A DNA stretch of 52,549 nucleotides, taken from positions 1-52,549 of the forward strand of contig JACZRW010000001.1 of NCBI GenBank assembly GCA_022574495.1, in the 5' to 3' direction. Position 1 is the stretch's first letter; the number at the start of each line of letters is the position of its first letter. A model generated the notes under the pieces. It did no database searches and was not told the origin of the DNA. It worked only from the letters and a program-made list of their open reading frames with translations. The position numbers were made by a program, and so were the translations under genes. Origin of the DNA: Patescibacteria group bacterium (lineage in GTDB: Bacteria; Patescibacteriota; Microgenomatia; Woykebacterales; RBG-16-39-9b). Positions 45,842-52,549 of this stretch are shown piece by piece.

Positions 45842-46027
45842 CTATTTTACGCTACTTTCCAACTCCTCAATTAACTCTAAGTTTAGAGTTGGGTCTAAAG
45901 GTTCTATTTGTTTCTTAGTTGCTTCAGGAAGTGTAGACTTTAAAAAAGTTTGTGCAAGCACTACAATCACAACACTTAGCAGTGTAATTAATGTTAAAGT
46001 TAGAACTGTAATTAGATTCCTAGACAT
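45842..46027 (-). CDS. Small single-TM protein
   Basis: 61-aa ORF with N-terminal hydrophobic helix LITVLTLTLITLLSVVIVVLA. Confidence 0.3.
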   Translation of the reverse strand: MSRNLITVLTLTLITLLSVVIVVLAQTFLKSTLPEATKKQIEPLDPTLNLELIEELESSVK

Positions 46028-46067
46028 AATTTATTAATTAGGTTCCACTACAATCAGGTACAGTTGA

Positions 46068-46682
46068 TTAGTTTTTAGACCCTTCGATTGGAGTGGTAGC
46101 AACCGTATCACCCAGATAATATACAGTGGCTTGCAGAGACGCTGCCAGTTTGGATCCATCTTCACTTATTGATATTTGGGTGAAGTTAGTTGTTCGTATT
46201 AGTTTTTCCATTTCTTCAACGAACTTTTGAATGTTTGAAAATTTACCTTCTACTGTAATAGTATAATCAACTTGTCTTACCGAAAGGTTCTCTTTATTTT
46301 TAGGCAAGGAGACTGGTACGTCAGCAAATTGGATTGACGCTAAAGTGGTTTTATTTCGTTTTGCTGCATTCTCAATCTGTCTTAAATATTTATCAACCGC
46401 ACTACCAGTTGGTAGGGCATCGTCTGCTATTTTTAGACGATCTTTTAGATTTTCGTAATTTGCCTCTGCCTCCCCCAGCGCAATTATTTTTTCCTGAAGT
46501 TTATTATCAACGTCTCTACCTTTAGCGATCTCGTTGTTTAATTTTAATATGTGATTAACAGCAGGAAATACCAATAAAATTAATAAAATTAACAATCCGA
46601 GAGTTAATACCACGCTCAAGTAACTCTTTTGTACAGGAGTAGCACTATTATATTGGGTTATTGCTTGTCGATATAATTGCAT
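46068..46682 (-). CDS. PilO-like type IV pilus assembly protein
   Basis: TM helix plus coiled coil plus a ferredoxin-like C-terminus. Lies directly downstream of the PilN-like gene. Confidence 0.45.
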   Translation of the reverse strand: MQLYRQAITQYNSATPVQKSYLSVVLTLGLLILLILLVFPAVNHILKLNNEIAKGRDVDNKLQEKIIALGEAEANYENLKDRLKIADDALPTGSAVDKYLRQIENAAKRNKTTLASIQFADVPVSLPKNKENLSVRQVDYTITVEGKFSNIQKFVEEMEKLIRTTNFTQISISEDGSKLAASLQATVYYLGDTVATTPIEGSKN

Positions 46683-46685
46683 ATA

Positions 46686-47354
46686 TTATTGAGTGGTTGT
46701 TTTCTCCTCCATCAAGCTCTTTTCTGTATCGCTACTACTATTTTCGGTATCAGGAGGTTGATCAACTGCCTTACTCTTACCTGTAAAAGCGGTACTAACC
46801 AAAAGAGTTTTGGCGCTGAAAGTGAATTTTGGATCTTCGACTGATGGGGAGTTAAGCTCGTCAATCTCCAACGAAACCAGCTTATTTGAACTATTGAAGG
46901 AATTTATTAGAGTGTGTAACTGAGCTGCTGTTGGAAACGAACCACTGAATGAAATTTCAGTTTGAGATATACTTAAATCTGTTAGCTTAATCCCTTGGGG
47001 TAAAAGCTTATTGAATTCCTCTACGGCGAGGTAGCTCTTGAAATGGCGATTTCTTAAATCATTGATATTGTTTAATTTAGCTTGTACTTCTCTGAATTCA
47101 CGCTCGAATCCTGCTTTACTATCTATCGATTGTTGAGCGTTTTCTATACTTTTGTTAAGATTATTCTTGTCGATAGTGAGCTTTAGGCTTAGACCAAACG
47201 TGGCCAGGGCAACTATCTCGGTCCCAATTATTAGGTATCTACCAATAGTAAGTACCCAGTGGATAGTCTCTCCTAATACCCCGCCAATTTCCTCCTTGGG
47301 CATCAGATTAATATTTATTCCTTGATTTTGATCTTTTCGGGCAGCGCGGACCAT
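46686..47354 (-). CDS. PilN-like type IV pilus assembly protein
   Basis: N-terminal ININLMP (the INLLP motif of PilN), a single TM helix and a coiled coil. Confidence 0.55.
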   Translation of the reverse strand: MVRAARKDQNQGININLMPKEEIGGVLGETIHWVLTIGRYLIIGTEIVALATFGLSLKLTIDKNNLNKSIENAQQSIDSKAGFEREFREVQAKLNNINDLRNRHFKSYLAVEEFNKLLPQGIKLTDLSISQTEISFSGSFPTAAQLHTLINSFNSSNKLVSLEIDELNSPSVEDPKFTFSAKTLLVSTAFTGKSKAVDQPPDTENSSSDTEKSLMEEKTTTQ

Positions 47355-47399
47355 TGAGTTTAGTATAACACCATTAAAATAGCCTTGACAATTGTTTTT

Positions 47400-47684
47400 C
47401 TAGCTTTTGCTTTTAGCTTTACTTTTTCCTTTTACAGTACTTGTAGTTTTAGCCGCTATTTTTTTAGAAAGTAGGGATTTTTTTCTGTTAGCGGTGTTCT
47501 TGTGGATAAGACCTCTTTTTGCCGCTTTGTCTATCAGAGAATAGGTTTTATTAACCAGCTCTGAGCTAGGGTTTTCGTACGCTTCTTTAGTCAATTGTTT
47601 CAGTTCTGCATTAAGGACCCTATTAATAGCCCTTTTTTTTGCATCCTGCTTCATCTTTTTTATCGCAGATTTTGTTAGTGGCAC
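47400..47684 (-). CDS. rpsT: 30S ribosomal protein S20
   Basis: GTG start after AAAGGAG. PLTKSAIKKMKQDAKKRAINR and a basic helical protein. Confidence 0.85.
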   Translation of the reverse strand: MPLTKSAIKKMKQDAKKRAINRVLNAELKQLTKEAYENPSSELVNKTYSLIDKAAKRGLIHKNTANRKKSLLSKKIAAKTTSTVKGKSKAKSKS

Positions 47685-47846
47685 AAAGCTCCTTTGTTAC
47701 GTTTAAAATGACGCTCACTTTGTTGTAAAATCATAGTGACCCTGACCGCTATAGCCTGCGGCATCAAGTGTTGGTAGGCGGGCGACGTTTTCTCACCCAG
47801 ATTTGATCGGGGTTCGAATATAAACTCGCGTAATATTAACAAAATA

Positions 47847-47875
47847 TTGAGCAACCTGCAAGTTGCTGATATACT
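47847..47875 (+). promoter_or_regulatory. murJ promoter
   Basis: TTGAGC-N17-TATACT with TGA extension. ATG follows 12 nt later. Confidence 0.5.
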
Positions 47876-47887
47876 TTAGTTCGTCTT

Positions 47888-49564
47888 ATGGTCAAAAGAT
47901 TTTTCCGCAACAGTACATCTATTCTTTTCCGACGTCAAAAAACGTTACTTTCTGCTGCAGTGATTATGATGTTTTTGATTTTTGCTTCAAGAGTTTTGGG
48001 GTTAGTGAGAAATTGGTTTTTGGCTGGTACTTTTGGAGCAGGACCAGAGCTGGATGCCTATAATGCTGGATTCGTATTACCAGATCTTATAGCGATTGTT
48101 CTAATAAACGGCGCACTTTCAGTCGCTTTTATACCAATTTTTACAACGTATTTAACTCAAAAAGGGAGTGAAGAAGCGTGGGAGATGGGGTCTTCGGTAT
48201 TAAATTTGTCTTTGCTAGTTTTTCTAGCTTTTGGAATAATAATTTTCTTATTTCCGCAACAATTAAATAGCTTAATCGTTCCAGGGTTAGATCCAGAAAC
48301 TGCCCAAACGGCAGCTAACATGACTAGGATAGTAGCCTTTGGAGAAATATTTTTGGTTATTGGGAGCTTTTTGACAGCAACCCTTCAGAGTTATCATCGA
48401 TTTATCGCTCCAGCCCTTGCGCCGGTTGCATATAATTTGGGGATTATATTTGGAATAGTTTTTTTGAGTAAAGCCTTTGGAATATATGGGGTTGGATTTG
48501 GTGTTGTAATCGGGGCCTTTTTTCACTTTCTCCTGCAGTTTTTAATGGTGAGAAGATTTGGTTATAAGTACTCGTTTAAGCTAGATTTCAAAAACCTTGG
48601 TTTTAGAAAAGTTATTAAATTATCGATTCCTAGATCTGCCGGTATAGGTTTGGCCCAACTTGAGTTAACCGTTAGTATATTTTTAGCCTCACTTCTAGCC
48701 TCTGGCTCTATCGCCATACTTAGGTTTTCTATAGATATTCAAAATCTTCCAATAGCATTGTTTGGGTCTACTATAGCAGTGGCTGCTTTCCCAACCTTAT
48801 CTTCTGAATGGGCTGGAAATAAACTGGAACAATTTAAAGCCACATTCTTATCATCCCTGCATCAAATTCTTTATTTAGCCATACCACTAAGTATTATTTT
48901 CGTTACTCTTAGAATTCCAATCGTCCGTCTGACTTTGGGTAGTGGTCTTTTTGATTGGGAAGATACAGTTGCCACGGCGACAACACTATCTTTCTTTTCC
49001 TTTGGAGTTTTCGCTCAAGCCGGTTTTTTGCTAGTATCGAGAGCGTTTTACTCAATGCATGATACAGTCACCCCACTAAGAGTAGCTCTCGCTAGTTTAG
49101 CGATTCATGTGATTGCCGGGATAATGTTTATGTTGGTATTGAATCTTCCTATCCAGTTTTTAGGGTTAGCGAGTGCAATATCTGGCGTTTTTAGCTTTTT
49201 CGTGCTACTTGCAATTCTAGATCGAAAGCTTGGGGGTTTTGATCGGAGAAAATTATTTATTCCAGTTGTAAAAATTGTGACTTCAGCCTTTGTCATGGCG
49301 GTAATTCTTTATATTCCTTTACACTTTAAGATTGGGGAAAAATACATCATTGATTTTATAATAGATACCACTCGGGCAATTAATTTACTTTTCTTGACGT
49401 TATTTGTGGCTTTCTTTGGATTTGCAATTTATGTTTTGCTTACTTGGTGGTTTAAATCAGAAGAACTGAAAAGTTTCTTAGGTTTAATACCAGATTTTAA
49501 GAAATTTACAAAGGCACTTAATTTTGAAGAAGTTGTAGACACAGACACAACCCCTAAATCATGA
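47888..49564 (+). CDS. murJ: Lipid II flippase MurJ/MviN
   Basis: 558 aa, 14 TM helices. SRVLGLVRN, FGAGPELDAYNAGF, IPRSAG, FPTLS. Confidence 0.85.
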   Translation: MVKRFFRNSTSILFRRQKTLLSAAVIMMFLIFASRVLGLVRNWFLAGTFGAGPELDAYNAGFVLPDLIAIVLINGALSVAFIPIFTTYLTQKGSEEAWEMGSSVLNLSLLVFLAFGIIIFLFPQQLNSLIVPGLDPETAQTAANMTRIVAFGEIFLVIGSFLTATLQSYHRFIAPALAPVAYNLGIIFGIVFLSKAFGIYGVGFGVVIGAFFHFLLQFLMVRRFGYKYSFKLDFKNLGFRKVIKLSIPRSAGIGLAQLELTVSIFLASLLASGSIAILRFSIDIQNLPIALFGSTIAVAAFPTLSSEWAGNKLEQFKATFLSSLHQILYLAIPLSIIFVTLRIPIVRLTLGSGLFDWEDTVATATTLSFFSFGVFAQAGFLLVSRAFYSMHDTVTPLRVALASLAIHVIAGIMFMLVLNLPIQFLGLASAISGVFSFFVLLAILDRKLGGFDRRKLFIPVVKIVTSAFVMAVILYIPLHFKIGEKYIIDFIIDTTRAINLLFLTLFVAFFGFAIYVLLTWWFKSEELKSFLGLIPDFKKFTKALNFEEVVDTDTTPKS

Positions 49565-51339
49565 ACGAGTTAGGAAAAATACGAAATTTTGCGATTTTGG
49601 CCCACATAGATCATGGAAAGTCCACTCTTGCCGATAGATTTTTGGAAATAACAAACACAGTTCCCACTGGAAAACTTATGGAACAGCACTTAGATAGGAT
49701 GGATCTTGAACGTGAAAAGGGGATAACAATAAAGCTGGCGCCAGTCTCCATGAATTGGAAAGGATATAGATTAAATTTAATCGACACTCCTGGTCACGTC
49801 GACTTTACTTATGAAGTATCTAGATCACTGGCGGCGGTTGAAGGAGTACTGTTATTGGTAGATGCTACCCAAGGAATTGAGGCTCAGACCCTTTCAAACT
49901 ACCTTTTATCCAAAGAGCAACGTTTAAATCTTATTCCGATTATTAATAAAATAGATTTGCCAAACGCTCAAGTAGAAAAAGTTAAAAAGTCTATGGTTGA
50001 CACGTTTGGATTTTCTGCAGATGAGATTTTAGAAGTATCAGCAAAAGAAGGTACTGGTATAGAGGAAGTTTTAGATGAAGTTATAAAAAGAATTCCCAAG
50101 CCTTATGGAGACATTAGTAAACCTTCAAGAGCCTTAGTTTTTGATTCAATGTACGACCAGTTTAAAGGGGTGGTTGCCTACGTTCGAGTCTTTGATGGAA
50201 AATTTAAAACCAAAGATAAAATTAAGTTGTTAGGAACGGATACTGAGGCAGAAGCTACTGAAGTAGGCTATTTTTCACCTGCACAGGAAAAGAAAGAGGA
50301 GATTAGCACGGGGGAGATAGGATACTTAGCGACGGGGTTAAAAAACGTCAATAAAGTTTCGGTGGGAGATACAATTACCTCGGCTACCAATCCTACAAGA
50401 GAAGCATTATCTGGGTATAAGCCATTCAAATCGATGGTTTTTGCAGGGATTTTCCCGGTAAATAGAGATGAATTTCCCAAACTTAAAGATGCCTTGGAAA
50501 AGCTGAAGTTGAACGATGCAGCGCTTTTGTACGAACCAGAAAACTCCCCAGCTTTGGGATTTGGGGTACGGGCTGGATTCCTAGGATTACTTCATATGGA
50601 GATTGTTCAGGAAAGGCTTGAGAGAGAATTCGATTTGGAGCTGATAATTACCTCGCCAACAGTAAGTTACAAGATATTGAAGACAGATGGTTCTACCCAA
50701 GAAATATCAAACCCAACCAAACTTCCGGAACAAACTAAAATAAAAGAAATACAAGAACCATGGATAAAAGGTTCTATAGTTACTTTGAATAATTATGTTG
50801 GCCCCATCACCCAACTCGTTCATGATAAAAGAGGACAAGTGGAAAATATGGAGTATTTTTCTGATAAGGTAAAAATTTCGACGAAACAACCACTAGCAGA
50901 AATTGTTTCGGATTTTTACGATCGGCTAAAAACTGTTTCTTCCGGGTTTGCGTCTTTTGATTGGGATTTAGATCAATATAAATCAATTGATGCAGTTAAA
51001 CTGGAGGTATTAGTCGCCAAAGAATCTGTAGACGCACTCTCGCAAATTGTCCCAAAAAAGAATGCCTACAATATTGGTAAGGCTTTGGTTGCAAGACTAA
51101 AAAAAGTGATTCCCCGCCAACAATTTGAAATTTCCTTGCAAGCCGCCATTGGAGGGAAAATAATTGCCGCCGAGCAAATACCACCATTTCGCAAGGATGT
51201 TACTCAGAAGTTGTATGGTGGTGATAGAACCCGCAAGGATAAGCTTTTAGACAAGCAGAAGAAAGGTAAAAGTCGGATGAAAAAAGTTGGTCGAGTCGAG
51301 ATACCGCAAGAGGCTTTCCTTAGTATCTTGAAAGTTTAA
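49561..51339 (+). CDS. lepA: Elongation factor 4 (LepA)
   Basis: [33 protein letters not shown] and the LepA C-terminal domain. 4-nt overlap with murJ. Confidence 0.95.
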   Translation: MNELGKIRNFAILAHIDHGKSTLADRFLEITNTVPTGKLMEQHLDRMDLEREKGITIKLAPVSMNWKGYRLNLIDTPGHVDFTYEVSRSLAAVEGVLLLVDATQGIEAQTLSNYLLSKEQRLNLIPIINKIDLPNAQVEKVKKSMVDTFGFSADEILEVSAKEGTGIEEVLDEVIKRIPKPYGDISKPSRALVFDSMYDQFKGVVAYVRVFDGKFKTKDKIKLLGTDTEAEATEVGYFSPAQEKKEEISTGEIGYLATGLKNVNKVSVGDTITSATNPTREALSGYKPFKSMVFAGIFPVNRDEFPKLKDALEKLKLNDAALLYEPENSPALGFGVRAGFLGLLHMEIVQERLEREFDLELIITSPTVSYKILKTDGSTQEISNPTKLPEQTKIKEIQEPWIKGSIVTLNNYVGPITQLVHDKRGQVENMEYFSDKVKISTKQPLAEIVSDFYDRLKTVSSGFASFDWDLDQYKSIDAVKLEVLVAKESVDALSQIVPKKNAYNIGKALVARLKKVIPRQQFEISLQAAIGGKIIAAEQIPPFRKDVTQKLYGGDRTRKDKLLDKQKKGKSRMKKVGRVEIPQEAFLSILKV

Positions 51340-51371
51340 TAAGCAAAAGCTTGCGTCTACTTCATAGACTA

Positions 51372-51470
51372 AAGCTTTTAGACAAACAAAAAAAGGGAAA
51401 GAGCAGAATGAAGCGGGTTGGGAAGGTTGATACCCCCCAAGAAGCGTTCCTTACGGTGTTAAAAGTATAA
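51372..51470 (+). pseudogene. Orphan divergent copy of the last 32 codons plus stop of lepA
   Basis: [32 protein letters not shown] compared with lep[33 protein letters not shown] (51241-51339). 69 of 99 nt are identical by hand count. Confidence 0.8.
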
Positions 51471-51508
51471 AAATTGACTTTTTTTCGCATTGGATACACA
51501 ATTAAATT

Positions 51509-52075
51509 GTGAATAAAAACTTACTTATCTTAGGAGTTTTACTGTTACTTGTTCTTGGATCTCTTCTTTTTATTTTCAAAGACAGAATTCCTATATTAAA
51601 TAATGATTACACTTTACCTAATAACCTCACTTATTCCCAAGATCCTGGTTGGAGTGATGTCTCAGGGGATGGGTGGACAATATCTTTCAAAAAAGACTGG
51701 AAACTAAGTCCCGTTCTTGATATACAAGGTTCTAAAAGCTATTCAAATAAAGAACAAGGAGATGATCTGATCCTTATTATTGTTAGTCTCCCAGCAGGAG
51801 GTTTTAAAAGTACCATTAAAGAAGAATTGGATGTATGGAAAATAGTGATAGAGACTCCCCAGAGCTCAAGACAATTAATTAAATCCCAGGAGCTGACAAT
51901 TAATGGGTACGAGTCAGGAATCATATTTTCTAAAGTCAAAGACAGAAACACCATCTGGCTCACTGTTTATGTAGATAAAAACGAAATAGTTTACACATTA
52001 GATATTTCCGTTACAGAAAATTTTTATAAATCGAATAAAGCTGATATTGAATACCTTATTTCTAGTTTTAGATAG
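51509..52075 (+). CDS. Hypothetical secreted/anchored protein
   Basis: GTG start, N-terminal hydrophobic helix, no family recognised. Confidence 0.4.
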   Translation: MNKNLLILGVLLLLVLGSLLFIFKDRIPILNNDYTLPNNLTYSQDPGWSDVSGDGWTISFKKDWKLSPVLDIQGSKSYSNKEQGDDLILIIVSLPAGGFKSTIKEELDVWKIVIETPQSSRQLIKSQELTINGYESGIIFSKVKDRNTIWLTVYVDKNEIVYTLDISVTENFYKSNKADIEYLISSFR

Positions 52076-52105
52076 TGTAGTCTAATTCTTAGTTAGGATC
52101 CTATT

Positions 52106-52408
52106 GTGGAAAAGAAACAAAATATTACTAAAATTTTTGGTCTTAGAGATGAAAAAATTAAAGACTATTTAAGAAGCCATCCTGATGTCGCTGAAAGATT
52201 GGCTAATACCCTAATTTCTTTAGAATCACAAAGAAAAAAAGATAATAAATCTGCGTCTGCTATTGGAGCACTAGGTTTGCATGTACACCGAATACCAGAT
52301 AAAGAATTCTTTCACCAACCGAAGCATTTAATTGTGTTTACATTGCTCTTTATATTAATTCTTATTTTTACGGTCACTTTTCTGGCAAGCCTTTTTTATA
52401 ATATTTAA
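52106..52408 (+). CDS. Hypothetical tail-anchored protein
   Basis: GTG-start 100-aa ORF with a C-terminal TM helix. Confidence 0.35.
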   Translation: MEKKQNITKIFGLRDEKIKDYLRSHPDVAERLANTLISLESQRKKDNKSASAIGALGLHVHRIPDKEFFHQPKHLIVFTLLFILILIFTVTFLASLFYNI

Positions 52409-52425
52409 AATTAATTACACTACCC

Positions 52426-52461
52426 TTGACATCATTTAGCACTCATGTTAGAGTGTTGCTA
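52426..52461 (+). promoter_or_regulatory. hrcA promoter overlapped by a CIRCE-like inverted repeat
   Basis: TTGACA (52426-52431)-N17-TAGAGT with TGT extension. TTAGCACTC (52436-52444, perfect CIRCE left arm), then ATGTTA, then GAGTGTTGCTA (degenerate right arm). Confidence 0.45.
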
Positions 52462-52480
52462 CCCAAATTTAGGTTCAATT

Positions 52481-52549
52481 ATGTCTGATATTTCTGATAG
52501 ACAAAAGGAACTTCTCCGAGCAGTAATCGAGGAATACATAAATACCGCC
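52481..52549 (+). CDS. hrcA: Heat-inducible repressor HrcA, first 23 codons (runs off the right edge)
   Basis: MSDISDRQKELLRAVIEEYINTA matches the HrcA N-terminal pattern (.RQ..LL..I...YI.TA) and has a CIRCE-like site upstream. Confidence 0.6.
   Translation, partial: MSDISDRQKELLRAVIEEYINTA

Noticed and set aside
47808-47820. CGGGGTTCGAATA, a T-arm-like string suggesting a tRNA
   Set aside because: No complementary 3' half of a T stem follows, and no acceptor or anticodon arms can be drawn on either strand.
51241-51470. The lepA tail duplication as a diversity-generating retroelement TR/VR pair
   Set aside because: The mismatches are not confined to adenines of one copy; they are mostly third-codon-position changes of all types. 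No reverse transcriptase is present in the window.

Overview
A 52.5-kb, gene-dense, A+T-rich bacterial chromosome segment. A typical backbone line, 20281-20340, has 22 G+C out of 60 by my hand count. The gene content and style suggest a reduced Patescibacteria/CPR-like genome, but this is inference only. The supporting traits are minimal Trx and PGK, a DUF5667-type anti-sigma, PilN/PilO, a UbiA + GT4 + GT-C + GT2 envelope cluster, and many near-leaderless genes 7-12 nt behind TGn-extended -10 boxes. Recognisable backbone genes are galU, groES-groEL, an ECF sigma/anti-sigma pair, a histidine kinase, an M23 peptidase, tRNA-Cys, tatD, metG, rmuC, a UvrD-type helicase fused to a Cas4/AddB-like nuclease, femAB, pcrA, trxA, pgk, tpiA, an LCP protein, rpsT, murJ, lepA and the start of hrcA. 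A phage-type capsid-like gene runs off the left edge. The main unusual signal is five G+C-rich islands (30-41 G+C per 60-nt line, hand counts) that sit only in intergenic gaps. Island A (5829-7540) holds a 93-aa ORF and a twice-frameshifted fatty-acid desaturase pseudogene bracketed by 81-nt terminator-promoter direct repeats. Island B (15659-19023) holds a 1014-aa DEAH/HrpA-like helicase behind a ~400-nt structured leader. Island C (28870-29550) holds an acidic 113-aa ORF with a structured 3' region. Island D (32542-33312) holds three coupled small membrane ORFs. Island E (36555-37050) is a ~745-nt promoter-to-terminator unit with a 58-codon Arg-rich ORF and much apparent RNA structure. Islands B, C and E are fired by near-identical consensus promoters (CCyATAGTnnTTGAC-N17-TGnTAnAnT). 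Several islands are edged by imperfect direct repeats, and no integrase or transposase is present. Other oddities are a divergent, mostly synonymous second copy of the last 32 lepA codons placed 32 nt after the lepA stop, a 22-nt perfect inverted copy shared by the groES leader and the trxA-pgk spacer, and a pair of related 8-bp-arm palindromes upstream of femAB. I found no CRISPR array, rRNA, reverse transcriptase or recombinase.
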